Below, piece after piece: positions 12,140 through 25,031 of a stretch of DNA of 64,000 nt. Position numbers and translations under genes: made by a program. The notes beneath the pieces are model-generated. The model had not been told where the DNA came from. It was given only the letters and a program-made list of their open reading frames with translations, and ran no database searches. Positions within the stretch are counted from its first letter, which is position 1. Every line of letters begins with the position of its first letter. This DNA comes from Eremomyces bilateralis CBS 781.70. Taxonomy: Eukaryota. The DNA lies in assembly GCA_010015585.1 (NCBI GenBank), contig ML975149.1; one strand, 5' to 3'.

Positions 12140-13976
12140 TTATAGAATCGTCCCCAGATTAACATGCACCGCCTTCTTATTCGTATACGCATCCAACCCC
12201 GCCTCCCCCAGTTCCCTCCCCACCCCGCTCATCTTCACCCCCCCAAACGGCACATGAATATCCGAATCATTGCTCGAATTAATCCACACCATCCCCGCCT
12301 CGATCCTTCTCGCCACCCGATGCCCGCGCGTGATGTCCCGCGTGAACACCGCGCTCCCCAACCCGTACGTCGTATCGTTCGCCCGCTCCAACGCCTCCTC
12401 CTCCGTCTTAAACGACGAAATCACCACGAACGGCCCGAATATCTCGTCGCGGTAGATCTTCATGTCGTCCGTGACGTTGGTGAAGACGGTCGGTTCGATA
12501 AAGAACCCCTTGCCCGCGCCCACGTTCTTGTGTGCCGTGCCACCCGCCACAAGCGTCGCGCCCTCGGACTTGCCCGTCTCGATGTACGAGAGGATGCGGT
12601 CGTATTGCGCCCGGGTGACCTGCGGCCCCTGGAACGTGTCGTCGGCGAAAGGATCGCCCACCTTGCTCGTTGTCTTCACTTGCGCCTTGAATGTCTCGAC
12701 GAATTTCTCATACACGCCCTCCTGCACGAGCACGCGCGACGTGGCGGTGCAGATCTGCCCCATGTTGCTCATGATGCCGATGTGGGCCCACTTGACGGCC
12801 TGGTCGAGGTCGGCGTCGTCAAAGACGAGGAGGGGGGATTTGCCGCCGGTTTCGAGGGTGATGTTCTTGAGGTTGATGGCGGCAGTTTTCATGATTTCGC
12901 GGCCCGTGGCAGTCGAGCCGGTGAAGGCGATCTTGTCAATGCCGAGATGGGAGGCGATTGCGTGGCCGGCGACGCGGCCGTGGCCGTTGAGGATGTTGAC
13001 GACGCCTGGGGGGAATCCAGCTTCTTTGACAAGGTTGGCGAAGTAGAGGATGGACAAAGGAGTCTGTTCGGCGGCCTTCAGGACCACCGTGTTTCCGCAA
13101 CATAAGGCAGGGCCAAGTTTCCACGCTGCCATGGCCAAAGGATAGTTCCATCTGCACTGAGGTCAGTATTCGACAAGGCATATAGAGGTAGAGTTCTATA
13201 CGGGATGATCTGTCCACACACGCCCAGCGGCTCCCTTATCGTATATGCCAGCTTCGCCGGAGAAGTGTCAATCACCTGGCCATGCACCTTATCCGCCCAT
13301 CCAGCATAGTACTTGAAGCACCCAATCACCTCACCCAGATCCTCATCTCTCGCAACAGTGTACGGTTTGCCTATCCAGCGTCAGCATCACGGCCCATTCT
13401 CACCCATCAATCCAGTAAACGAGAAGCATGTACCATTATCCCACGTCTCAATCGTGGCCAGCGTCTCCTTATGCTCTTCAATCAAGCTCGCCAGCTTAAA
13501 CATCAGGTCTGCCCGATCCGTCGTCGACATATCCCGCCATGACGGATCCTTGAACGCCTTCCTTGCCGCGGCGACCGCATCATCGACGTCTTCCGGGTCG
13601 GCAGCATAGACCGAGACGATCTCACTCTCGTCGCTAAGGAACGCGTCAGTAATGAATCTCGAACGTAGTTTGCATGCTGAAGCATCGCTTCGAGTGAGAT
13701 CGCGGCTGCATGCCCGGATGGTGCTTACGTTGGGTTGATGGACGCGAACTTCTCGCCTTTCTTCGACCTGACCCATTCGTTGTTGATGAACAGGCCGATT
13801 GGCTGGGTGTATTTGACGCCGTTCGGCGCCGTCAGCTCGACTGCGAGATCTGACATTCTGGTAGAGGCGAAGGTTCGGAAAGCGGGGGGATAAATAATTA
13901 CAGAAGGGACACGGAAGGATGGTAGCTTGAGCGGTCGCAATGGCGTTCGGAAGAGAGACGAGACAACGCGGTTCAT
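12140..13976 (-). CDS. Aldehyde dehydrogenase (ALDH1/2 type) with N-terminal presequence (exons 13976-13729, 13633-13434, 13370-13202, 13151-12140)
   Basis: GQIIP|WNYP, AFTGST, LETGGKSP, GQICTA (catalytic Cys), EIFGP, PFGGVKMSGVGRELG. Three in-frame canonical introns. Confidence 0.95.
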
Positions 13977-15570
13977 TTCATGGATGGAGGGGAAGGAATA
14001 CCGGACGTTCTGTGGCTCTTATAATTACGGTAGTTATCAGAGTCTTGCTCTACTGCTATCCTACCCCACAATCCGGTCGTGGCGATTGCTACCTCTGCTA
14101 CGCTGCCTGCGCTACCTACCGTAGAGGATAAGAGAGGAGAAGATAGCGCGATTGAGTTAGGTGTGTGGATGGATGTAATAGCAGGAGTGGTGATCCGATG
14201 GTGGGAGAGCTCCAGGCTGGGATAGACTTACCTGTTTGGTGGTAGTTTTACTTGGGATCTGGCAGGAGTTTGGCACGAGGAGGGGCCGGTGCAATCCACG
14301 ATAAGGCGGCGCCATCGAAATCCATTGAAGTTTATCTAGTTATGGAATTTGACTATGGAATTCAATGGTAATGGTCATCCATATACGATGAACTGAACGT
14401 GCAGCCAGCATTTTGGCCATCCTATTCACAACAGCTCTTCATGACTACCACGATCTAGGTCGTCTGAAACTTGCCTTATTAGAAACAATAGCCCATGATC
14501 CACGCACGCTACTCGACCAGAATGTATGTGTCATCATCCCGACCCAAGTCCAATCCCAAAGACCTGGTACATGATGCATTTCCAGAAGACCCCTCATTCC
14601 GTCTCCCTCAACCCAGTCCAGTCTCGACTCTTGAGTCCTGCAGCAGGTGGGTGACATGGGAGAGCAGACAAGGGCCACTCCTCCAAGTCTCTAATACTAT
14701 CTGGGGGTCATAGAGGCTATCGTATGTAGCCTTTAAGTTACTGAGCCAGCTGAGATGGCAATGCCGAATACATTATGAACGTAGCTTATCCTCGGAGGGT
14801 TCTTGCGAAAGTATCGTCTCTCGGACACATTTCGTTTGTCTGGGCAGGCATTGGCAGCAGAGCAGCAGAGTAGCAGCACACTCACTGTTCAATCAACTCG
14901 CCTGAAAGGACATTCCTTGTCGTCGCGACGATCTGATGAACTGTCCATCCAAACTCCGATACAGGCATGGAAAGGCATGATTCCCTTGACAAATTCGATA
15001 GGATTCTGCGTCTGATGTTGAGGATGGTGGGGGTTTCTGACCGATGGCGGGGCAGAATTTCTCATCTGATGGGAGGGGTGTCATAGCGCATGGAATTCTT
15101 GCGCGGGATCGCACCACCACAGTGAGGGCTAAGGTAGACAGTAGACACCACCAGACTGCTCTGAAAGCCAATTCTCTCACCATAAACAACCGGATCGCAT
15201 TCGGAAAAAACCACTAAACGAGCAAAGTTGAGCACGCCATCGCACGTCCATCCAAAGAGCTCAAGTTGAATGTAAGTTGTCCACTATATAGACGCTCTTT
15301 TCCTTCCCAGTCCTTTCAGTTCCCTTCTGTCCTCTTTCAACTCCCTTGTCACTTTTAATTGAACTTTCATTGGGTTTCCTGCCTTACTTACCTGTAACCA
15401 TTGTGCATTCCAGCCAGCTCTTTGATACCCCACCACCCATTTAGTCTCTAGGTGTGTTCCCACCCTCTTTCCGGATCCTTCCACCCACCAACTTCCCGCC
15501 AGTAACCTTTACTTGAAAAACCATTCTCTGACTTGAAATCCGTCCGTCCAGATCATCTCCATCCATCATC

Positions 15571-16416
15571 ATGTCCACCGAATCCCGCGCCACTCCCCTC
15601 CGCCTGGGCAGCATCGCCCCCAACTTCCAAGCCGAGACTACCACCGGCCCAATCGATTTCCATGAATTCATCGGTGACAACTGGGTGGTGCTGTTCTCGC
15701 ATCCGGAGGACTACACACCCGTCTGCACGACGGAGCTGGGCGCGTTCGCCAAGCTGGAGCCGGAGTTCACCAAGCGCGGCGTCAAGATGATCGGGCTGTC
15801 GGCGAACACCGTCGAGAGCCACGGGGGGTGGATCAAGGATATCGATGAGGTGACGGGGAGCAAGGTGGCGTTCCCGATCATTGGGGATAAGCAGAGGCAG
15901 GTGGCGTTCCTCTATGATATGTAAGTGATTTCCTCGAGACTGTTTGCATCACCAATCCCGACCACCTGGCTCTTGGAAGCGCATCGAACCCGGTTCAATT
16001 TCTTTGAATCGGTCGTTCAGCCGTCTCACTACAAACCCACCCAACACCAGCTGACCCAACACTCCCCCCCAACCAGGCTGGACCACCAAGACGCTACCAA
16101 CGTCGACAGCAAAGGCATTGCTTTCACCATCCGCAGCGTCTTCATCATCGACCCTAAGAAGACGATCCGCCTGATCCTCTCGTACCCGGCCTCCACCGGC
16201 CGCAACTCCGCCGAGGTGCTCCGCGTCATCGACTCGCTGCAGACCGGCGACAAGAACAAGATCACCACTCCGATCAACTGGATCCCCGGCGACGACGTCA
16301 TCGTCCACCCGGCCGTCAAGACCGAGGACGCGAAGCAGATCTGGCCCGAGATTCGCATCGTGAAGCCGTATTTGCGGTTCACCCCGTTGCCGAAGGATAA
16401 GACTAGCGCGGCTTAA
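15571..16416 (+). CDS. PRX1: 1-Cys peroxiredoxin (Prx6 class; exons 15571-15920, 16077-16416)
   Basis: FSHPEDYTPVCTTELG, TIRSVFIIDP, YPASTGRN, TPINW. Intron GTAAGT..CTGAC..CAG. Confidence 0.95.
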
Positions 16417-17821
16417 AGGGTTGATGCGCGGGTGTGGACGAGCTGGGACAGTTCAGTCGACAGATGTGAGGAGAGACGGAGCTAGTGGTAGCTCGAGGTC
16501 GATGAGCGGCATCCGGTGCGTGATAGCATAGACCGGATGAAGCATAGGACGAGGGTGATGTTTTGGCTCGCGTCGGGCTCTTATATGGTGATTTGGCATC
16601 AGCTGCCAGTTTCAAACCCAATAAACCACAGAATTCAGAAGTTCCAATACTCTACCGTGTCACTGGGCCCTGTAGTGATGTGCTTCATCCGAGACCGCTT
16701 ACAGGATTCGATTTGAATTCTTCTGGTGTTTCCAGTCTTTCATTTGGTGGTTGCATGAGTGGCCAGACAACCGCCGTTAAGACAGTGTTTGGGGATATAA
16801 GTCAATGCTCCTATTACTATTCCATATTTCTTACCACTTACCCATCACGGCTAGCGTTCCCAGCACACACACTTCGCTGTCGTTTTACACGTGCCATCAA
16901 CCTGGCCGCCTCGCCAATCACCTCCCAATTGACAAATTCCCTCGAACAACATCCACATCCGGCTCCCGGCTCCGTCAGTCACGCATTTCTCCACGACCGC
17001 TTCACACGTCCAACCACCCCGTACCCCAACGATCTCCCATCCCCGACCCTCGCACGCCCATGGCGGAACCCGACATCGGACGGCTGCGTGCAAAGATACC
17101 GAGGATGCGGCACAGGCGTAGGGGTGCCGGGAAGGGTGTAATCAAGCGCATAGTCGGACGGACGTCATGACAATATCGGATTCTATATACTCCGTACTAT
17201 GGTATGGGTGAGGATGCATACTCGGGATGATCAGGATGGGATAGAGTTGGGGTGGAAGTCACGGGCTTGCGGGTTCATGTGAGAGGGGGAGGGATGGGGG
17301 GCGATTCGGGGCTTGGGGAGGTAATTTAAATGCAATTCTGGTCAACCAATTGAAGGGAATTCAAAGGTTTTTCAGTAATTCGGGCGAGTGGGAGGAGATG
17401 TTCTGCGGACAGGCCAATCACTGCAGACATTAATATTGATACTCTATTTCTTCCATATAGTCTGCGTCGTGGTGTCAGCGATTGACCGCCGATTTGGTGA
17501 GTGAGCAGAATCCAATGCCTAATGTGGCTGTGTGGCGCCGATCCAGGCCTCAGGCAACTAGGCCCCAACGCCCACTACGCGCCAGCCCGTGCCTGACATC
17601 CGCAGACCGCAACCCTTCAAGCATGTCTGTCGTTCACCTCGCCGAAACTAAAGCACCTCACCTCACGCTTCCAATATTCATCCCATCATCCACATCATCC
17701 ATCGACCTCCTCTCCCAATCCATCATCAACCACCATCCATTCCACCCTCCCATCCACTCTAATCGCCGCCTCTCCGCCCGTCGCACGCCCTCCCGTTTCT
17801 AAGGTCCTTGATCTGCGTTCG

Positions 17822-18464
17822 GTAAGTCACGTCTTCAATTCGTCGGGCTGGCGGGAGCTCGACCCCCGTTCCCCGCGCCCTGGGAAACATCTGAGGTGTG
17901 GTGTGCTCTTTGCTATTGTGACCTATGTGTGCTCTCGTCGGCGGAGGTGCCGCCGGGCTTCCCGATTCTTTGTTCCACATGAGTTATATCCCCCTTCCCC
18001 TGGTCTTGTTGCGTGTCTGTATTCGGGGTATTTGCATTTGCCATTGAGACACTCGTCAGGCCTCATCCCTGGTTTTTCGCGGACGAGGGTTTTTGTTTTT
18101 TAATGGTTTCAAGTCTTGCTTTTCATGTCCCTACGCGCGAGTTGGTTCCGGCGAACTGCTACATCGGCGGTTGGTGGACGGTGATTCGATGCCGTTTGTC
18201 GACACCGTACGGACGGTTCCTTTATGGTCGAGATTGCAGACGAAGCTGAAGATCTGCGCTTGTTCCTGACGGTGCGGAGTTGAAGGGGGACGCGACATTG
18301 GGTTTGCCTGTGAATATTTCTTGTCTCTTGGAGATATCCTTTTCCGAGTCACCACTTTCATATTTCAATCGTGCGATTTCTCCGCTTCATATAGGGTCAC
18401 CGTACAACCACATGCTTTTTCTTGTGTCCGTCAATTCCTGTGCTGACAGACATTGCTCCTCCAG
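17822..18464 (+). other. Probable 5'-UTR intron of the kelch gene
   Basis: GTAAGT donor after a C/T-rich leader. GCTGAC branch site and CTCCAG acceptor lie ~600 nt upstream of the ATG. Confidence 0.45.
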
Positions 18465-19068
18465 GCGCTCTCGTTTCTCCGCCGCTCGGTACATCTGCTG
18501 TGCTCTTCAGGGATCCATTCGCTCCAAATCCCTCCGTACCTGTGAAGCGTCCTTGAGCCTTCACAGACAAACCTCGACAGAACCCTCGCTGTGACCCGGG
18601 GAAGTCTCCTGACTGATTGTATTCCCTCGCACCACCAAGGCGCTCTTCCCTTCTTTTTGGAACTTTCGGAATACCTTTTAATCTTAAACCTATTCCCACC
18701 TCACCGACCCTAGCAACTTCTTGTCCATCTCCGACCAGCTGCACGAGGCACGTTCCGATCGTTATTCCGCAGTATGTGCCGTCCTTAGCCGGTGAACATA
18801 TCTCCACTCACGCATCTACCGATACGACTCCGCGACGCTTTTCTGAATTTCTGGTTATCCCATGTTCTAGCTTTTCCAACCCTTCCGACTCCGCACCCCG
18901 CAACGCATCATTCCCTTACGACTCCGCTAGACGGTCCCGGCATGTTGAGATAGTTATTCAGTCCTGGGCTCAACCTGCGTGCGTGCTACGCGAACGTCTG
19001 CACCGTCGTCTTGCGTATCCATTCGCGAGCCGGCTTCACGAGTCGAGGAGGCCCGCAGATCGAAGGAG

Positions 19069-21834
19069 ATGAGGATGTCGCGCCAGACTCCAGGTGGGAG
19101 CCGGTCCAACACGATGGATTCCGAGGTCTCGGCTCCTTCTCCTGCACAACTGTATTCCGATCAGTTCCGTAGTGGATCCACCGCCTTTATATCCAGCCAG
19201 AATAGCAGCCAGACCAGTTTGCCGCGGAATGCGCAAGATGAGCCACCCTACCCATTGTCACGCCAGCAGTCGGCAGCATCTCAGACTGGTCCGTCTCCGG
19301 CATTGCCACCGACAGCAGGGCTAGGAACCACCACTAATACGGGGCTGACGGGATTGGTGTGTAATGTTTACCGAACGACTGGCAAGGAACCTCGACCGTT
19401 GGTTGGCGCAACCACCACGGTATTAGGGGATAAGCTATATGTGTTTGGAGGACGACGACTTTCTCGGACACGACCGCATCTTACGAACGACATGTACGAA
19501 CTGGATTTGATCAAGAGACATTGGACGAGATTGGACTGCCAAGGCGATATCCCGCCTCCACGATATTTTCATAGCATTTGTCCGTTGGGCGACACGAAGC
19601 TTGTTTGTTATGGCGGCATGTCCCCTTCTGTTTTGCCCTCGGGGCAGCCGACCATACCCAACCAACCTCCTACGCCGGGTGAGCCGCAGCCCGAAGTGGT
19701 GGTCATGTCCGACATTCACATCTTCGACGTCACGACAAGATCCTGGATGCAGATCCCTGCCACGGACGCGCCACAGGGCCGATACGCTCATTGCGCCTCG
19801 ATCTTGCCGTCCTCTGCGGCTTTTACGTCCGCGAATGCACCGTTGTCAGCGATTCACCACAACCCGTCGTCGAATAGCCCCAATCAAGGGCAGATCGGGG
19901 TGGCGCTAGACGGAACGGGTGGGGCGGAGATGATCGTCGTAGGGGGACAAGACAGTGCGAATCATTATATCGAGCAAATCAGCGTGTTTAATCTTCGAAG
20001 TTTGAAGTGGACGTCGACGATGGGCATTGAGAAGAGTTGGGGCTCATATCGGAGTGTCGTGGCTCCTGTTAATGGAGAGCTGGCGGGGAAGATTGGTGTC
20101 AAAATGAGGAAAGATAGCGAGCCGTTACCTGCGGAGAACTCGAAGCTGTCGGATGCGGTGGGCACCAGCGGATCGGCGATGCTGATCTATTCTAACTACA
20201 ATTTCCTGGATGTCAGATTGGAACTGCAGCTCCGATTGCCCGATGGAAGTCTCGTTGAACGACCGATGCAAGGGGCCTATTCCCCTCCCGGACTTCGATT
20301 CCCGAACGGCGGGGTCATCGATAACTACTTCGTGGTTAGCGGCACCTTCTTGACGTCCTCGAAGCAGGAATATGCTTTATGGGCATTGGATCTTCTCACG
20401 CTGCAATGGAGCCGAATCGACGCCGGAGGGAGCATTTTCTCGAACGGAAGCTGGAACCGTGGCGTGCTATGGAATCGACGGAATACCTTCGTGATCCTTG
20501 GCAATCGCAAACGAAACATGGTCGAGGATTATAACCACCGGCGAATGAACTTCAGCAACTTGTGTATGGTGGAACTCGAAGCATTTGGGTTGTACGATAA
20601 CCCTCGGAGGACGAAGCCGACATCGGAATATGTGTCGGTGAGCTCTCCTTCGAGGTCGCTGAAGTTGGGGCCGAATACCGCAGGAGGACGGCAGCTGTCG
20701 AAGGAGGCGGAGAGGTTGGGACAGATGGCACTCGGCATGGGCGAGCTTGCAGACATGGACTTCCTTGCCATCAATGGTGAACGGATACCGGCCAACTCCC
20801 ACCTTGTCGCTCGACGGTGGGGCAATTACTTCAACCATCTGCTACGAGACGGCATCAACGTCGACGACAAAAACGACACGGCCACACTCCGCGCCAATTC
20901 CATCACCAATCCGTCCCGCAACTCCTCCATCACCATAACCCCCTCCGTCCGAACCGTCTATTCCTCTGCCACCACCCTCACCAACAACGACGGCGCCTCC
21001 ATAACCACCACCCTCGGCCCGCATTCCCCCCCCTCCCACTCCGACCGCACCCCCCACCTCACCGACCCCCCGGATCCCCGACACCCCAACCCCTCCCTCC
21101 GCCCCCGCGCCCTCTACCTCCCCCACACCGTCCCCACCGTCCACGCCCTCCTCCACTACCTCTACACCTCCTCCCTCCCGCCCCCCAACTCCCCCCTCTG
21201 CACTCCTCAAATCCTCTGCTCCCTCCTCCAGCTCGCCCGCCCCTACCGTGTCGACGGCCTCCTCGAAACTGTCGTCCATCGCCTCCACGCCGTCCTCGAC
21301 GCCCGCAACACCGCCGCCATCTTCAACGCCGCCGCCATGGCCGCGGGGGGTGGCGACGGAGTTGCGTTCCTTGCGCCGAACGGAGGCGTCGTTGGTGGAC
21401 CCGGCGCGATCTCGAGGTCCGGCAGCTTGGATCCGACCGCGGAGGTGTTGGAGACAGGGGCGGACAAGCGCGAGCGCGCGGCGCCGGGTAACGGGCTCGG
21501 ACAGCGGAGTCGCAGCGGCAGCGCGAGCGCGAGCGTAACGGCGAACCGGCTGGCGAGCCTACGATTGGATGCGGAAGGCCGGGAGCGGGAGCGTGATGGG
21601 AACGTGAACGGACGGGCGGACGACGAGGGGAGCAGCGCGGGGGCGAGCACGGCGAGCGCGAGCGAGGTCGGGAGTTTGAGCGGGGTGGAGGAGGGGGAAG
21701 CGGGGGAGGTGTGGCGGGGGGAGTTCAGTGCGGTGGTGGGGTTGCAGAAAAGGGGATTGAGGGGGTTGTTGGAGGGGAAGAGGATTCGGGAGCACGGTGG
21801 GGGGAGGAGGGAGATGGGGTTGGGGATTGCGTAA
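19069..21834 (+). CDS. ral2: Kelch-repeat plus BTB-like regulatory protein (Ral2/Mds3-like)
   Basis: Kelch blades (LYVFGG, PPPRYFHS, CYGG, GRYAHCA, VVGG), PPGLRFP, and a BTB-like segment (ADMDF..RIPANSHLVARRWGNYF, ALLHYLYT, LCSLLQLARPY). Frame is open from 18949, so the start is uncertain. Confidence 0.8.
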   Translation: MRMSRQTPGGSRSNTMDSEVSAPSPAQLYSDQFRSGSTAFISSQNSSQTSLPRNAQDEPPYPLSRQQSAASQTGPSPALPPTAGLGTTTNTGLTGLVCNVYRTTGKEPRPLVGATTTVLGDKLYVFGGRRLSRTRPHLTNDMYELDLIKRHWTRLDCQGDIPPPRYFHSICPLGDTKLVCYGGMSPSVLPSGQPTIPNQPPTPGEPQPEVVVMSDIHIFDVTTRSWMQIPATDAPQGRYAHCASILPSSAAFTSANAPLSAIHHNPSSNSPNQGQIGVALDGTGGAEMIVVGGQDSANHYIEQISVFNLRSLKWTSTMGIEKSWGSYRSVVAPVNGELAGKIGVKMRKDSEPLPAENSKLSDAVGTSGSAMLIYSNYNFLDVRLELQLRLPDGSLVERPMQGAYSPPGLRFPNGGVIDNYFVVSGTFLTSSKQEYALWALDLLTLQWSRIDAGGSIFSNGSWNRGVLWNRRNTFVILGNRKRNMVEDYNHRRMNFSNLCMVELEAFGLYDNPRRTKPTSEYVSVSSPSRSLKLGPNTAGGRQLSKEAERLGQMALGMGELADMDFLAINGERIPANSHLVARRWGNYFNHLLRDGINVDDKNDTATLRANSITNPSRNSSITITPSVRTVYSSATTLTNNDGASITTTLGPHSPPSHSDRTPHLTDPPDPRHPNPSLRPRALYLPHTVPTVHALLHYLYTSSLPPPNSPLCTPQILCSLLQLARPYRVDGLLETVVHRLHAVLDARNTAAIFNAAAMAAGGGDGVAFLAPNGGVVGGPGAISRSGSLDPTAEVLETGADKRERAAPGNGLGQRSRSGSASASVTANRLASLRLDAEGRERERDGNVNGRADDEGSSAGASTASASEVGSLSGVEEGEAGEVWRGEFSAVVGLQKRGLRGLLEGKRIREHGGGRREMGLGIA

Positions 21835-23120
21835 GGAGGTAATCGACGGTTGTTTTGTGGTGGTATCATAGGTAGTGTTTAGTGAATGATGCGATGCGAT
21901 GGGTCGGTATGGAAAAGGACGGAAACAGTACAGTATGGTATATGCTATGGACTATGTTTATAAAAATTGCTGCTCGGCTGGTCATGCATGGATGGTTTAA
22001 AAATTGTCTATTTCGCGCTCGTTACCGCTCGCCCGGTACAGAAGCCATATCCTTCTCAGCACTAGACGAATCAAAACGGCATTTTGGGTAAATTGGTCCT
22101 CTTCTCTCCAATTGCTCACCCTCTCGCATTCATCCTTGATACTGGTATGCGGACTCCCCATGATCCATGGTTCCGGCTTCCACGCGGATGGGTAAGGTAC
22201 GCCACCGATCCAGGCCCGCGGAACGGCGATGGTGGTTGTCAGGGTTGGACCGAAGAATTTGGAGATCCCGTCGGGGCTGATTGATGGATTCTGGGTCTCG
22301 CGGACTTTCAGGAAAGGATGACATCTCCTCTACACTGCAGCCATCAATATTAATGCTCTTGTAATTACATCTGCCGGATCTGGATGCATAGCACGTGTAG
22401 TAGGAACGGAGGAACCAAGGCAATCAGGCAGCAAGGCGGTGAGGCAGCCATGTAGTGGCAGTTCAATGGTGCCGGGGCCATGTTTACTCATTTCCCCTTT
22501 TGACGCTTTCTCCATAGCTCTTTCCTTGCCGGCTCTGCCACCAGATCAACCAACATTGTCCTTCGACTGTCTCTCTCCTCTACATCTTTATTCTGCTTCT
22601 CTTTGGAGTGTCTCTACTCCAAGTCGTCCTGCAAGACCACTGTCTGTCCACCGTTTTACCATTGTGAGTACCGATTCCATCCACTGCAACCCTCTGCCCA
22701 ATCGTCGTGTGTCGTGCCCCCATGTCTTGGTCAAACGTCCGCCGCAAGCGAGCCAGTCATCGTCCACCTCGGCCACCTGCATTCGCGTCGTTTAACACCT
22801 TGTCCACTGTCCAGGCCCTGGACTGGACCCCCTGGAGACGCCTTCAATATCAATAAACCGTTCCTGTAATACAACTCAGAATCCGTGGACCCTCACTCTG
22901 TCACTCCCCTTTTAGATCCGCTGGTGTTGCTGCGTTTCCCAAACACGACACGTTGCTCTCTTGCAATTGGAGTTTCCCACCCATCCTGAGCGAGCCATCT
23001 TTCTCACTCGTCGTCGGTGTCTCTATCCCTTTTCGTCGTTTCCTACCACCGTCCCGGCTATCCCTCTCATCCTCCATCCACAGCACCCGGACGCTAACCC
23101 CCTTCTCAACCACCGCAGCC

Positions 23121-25031
23121 ATGTCCAACCCTCGAACCAACCCCTCCGCCGGCGTCAAATCCCTCCGCGCCATGTTCGAAAACGCCGATCCCAGCCCGTC
23201 GTCGCCCGCCGCCGAGCCCCGCGGCCGCTCGCCCGCCGCCAGCAGCGTGACCAGCGACCGCAGCTCGCGCCCGATTTCGAAAGTGCGCACGTCATTCGTC
23301 AGCGTGCAGCCGAGCGGGCAGCAGGTGCGGACCCCGAGCGCGTCGAATATGGAGAGTTCACTGTCGCGGCGTCGGGAGAGCTTCAGTGCCGATGGTCAGG
23401 AGGTGAAGGAGGAGGTGAAGAAGGTGGTGAGCGGGGAGTTAAGGACGAGTGTGGGAAGTGCAGGGATTCAGGAGGCGATACCGGAGCAGCCGCTGGAGAC
23501 GCCAGGGGAAGGGGAGGAGAAAGTGTTTGGGGGGAGGGTGGAGGGCAAGGCGTTGGTTGGGGAATTAAGTGAGAAGCTGCAGGGGTTTCATATATCGGGC
23601 AAGAAGGAGGAGAAGCCGAAGGCGGCGGTGGAAGACGAGATGGCGGACAAGCCCGAGGATCCGAAAAAGGAGAATCTTGCCTCTGGTAGTGCAGCGCCTT
23701 CGCCGTCGAAAGAACTGACACCACTGTCGGACACGACGAACACTGGAAAATCTATGGTGCCGGAGAGTCCGCTTCAGGAGAATCCAGTACAAAAGTCTAT
23801 AGTGCAAGTTCCTGCCGTCCACGAGCAGAGAGTGCAAGAGCCTACTGTCCAACAACAGATGGTGAAAGAGCCGACCGTCCAAGAGCGGACTGTGCAAGAG
23901 CCTAAAGGGCAGGATGCCATACCAACGGATATCAGTCAATCCGAACCCGTCGAGGCCTCGAAACCAGCGACCAACGGTACACCAGAACCTACGGATGCGC
24001 CAAAGACACCAGTCTCTAAGAAGACGAATGGAACACCTTCCACGAAACCGGTCGCTAAACCTCAGGAATCGAAACGGCAACCTCGTGTGGAGCCGAAACC
24101 CGTCGCGAAGCCCCTTGTAAAACCCAATGGACAAGCAAAGGGGCCGATGTCAAAAGCTTCGGCGACTGCATCCGTGCACCCACCAGCCCCAACAAAGTCA
24201 ATCACCAAGCCGTCCAAGCCCAGCGCTTCCACTTCCACTCCCAATCCTACAAAACCAACATCCACCTCCGGCCCATCCAACCCCATCCAGCCCCCACGCT
24301 CCCCCGCCCCAAAATCCTCCCGCGCCTCCCTCCGCGCTTCCACCACATCCACCTCCACCACCAGCACCCTCCACCCCCCATCCACCGGCTTCGTCAAACC
24401 TCGCCCCAAGTCCCCCACCCGACCCATCACCCTCCCCGCACACCTAGTCGCCCCAACCACCAGCTCCTCCGCCAAGCTCCGCGACTCCACCGCCTCCGCC
24501 ACTACTACCGCCACCAGCAAACCCCTCTCTCGCAAACCCTCCACCCTCACCCGCGACCGCGTCGCCGCCCTTCCCAAACAACAACCCCACAGCAGCTTTG
24601 GCCCCGCCCCCCGCCGGGTCTCCTCCCGCGCCAGCCTCGGCGGCGCATCGACTGCGGGCAGCGTTAGCGGCGATCGGCATACGAAGACGGCGCCGGACGA
24701 GGGGTTCTTGGCGCGGATGATGCGGCCGACGCAGAGTAGTTCGTCGAAGGCGAGGGAGGAGCTTGGGGGTGCGAGCGCCGGGGCGGGAGCCGGTGGGAGA
24801 AGGGGTGGGAGGGCCGGGGCGAGTGGGAGGGAGGGGAAGGTGAATGGGGTGAAGGGGGTTGGGGCGAGGAAACCGGTGGAGAGTGCGGAGGGGCAGAGTG
24901 TGGTTGAGGAGACGGTGGGGGAGGTGCCGGAGAGTGCGGTGGGAGATGTATCGATGGAATCCGGGGTGACGACAGATGAGGTGCCAGTCGAAGAAGTGGA
25001 AGAGGTTCTCGTGGCACCATCGGCTCAGTGA
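23121..25031 (+). CDS. Low-complexity, probably disordered hypothetical protein (P/S/T/K/E-rich)
   Basis: Uninterrupted 636-codon ORF with motif-like islands VKSLRAMFE, PISKVRTSFVSV, GFVKPRPKSPTRP and FLARMMRPTQSSSSK. Confidence 0.8.
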   Translation: MSNPRTNPSAGVKSLRAMFENADPSPSSPAAEPRGRSPAASSVTSDRSSRPISKVRTSFVSVQPSGQQVRTPSASNMESSLSRRRESFSADGQEVKEEVKKVVSGELRTSVGSAGIQEAIPEQPLETPGEGEEKVFGGRVEGKALVGELSEKLQGFHISGKKEEKPKAAVEDEMADKPEDPKKENLASGSAAPSPSKELTPLSDTTNTGKSMVPESPLQENPVQKSIVQVPAVHEQRVQEPTVQQQMVKEPTVQERTVQEPKGQDAIPTDISQSEPVEASKPATNGTPEPTDAPKTPVSKKTNGTPSTKPVAKPQESKRQPRVEPKPVAKPLVKPNGQAKGPMSKASATASVHPPAPTKSITKPSKPSASTSTPNPTKPTSTSGPSNPIQPPRSPAPKSSRASLRASTTSTSTTSTLHPPSTGFVKPRPKSPTRPITLPAHLVAPTTSSSAKLRDSTASATTTATSKPLSRKPSTLTRDRVAALPKQQPHSSFGPAPRRVSSRASLGGASTAGSVSGDRHTKTAPDEGFLARMMRPTQSSSSKAREELGGASAGAGAGGRRGGRAGASGREGKVNGVKGVGARKPVESAEGQSVVEETVGEVPESAVGDVSMESGVTTDEVPVEEVEEVLVAPSAQ

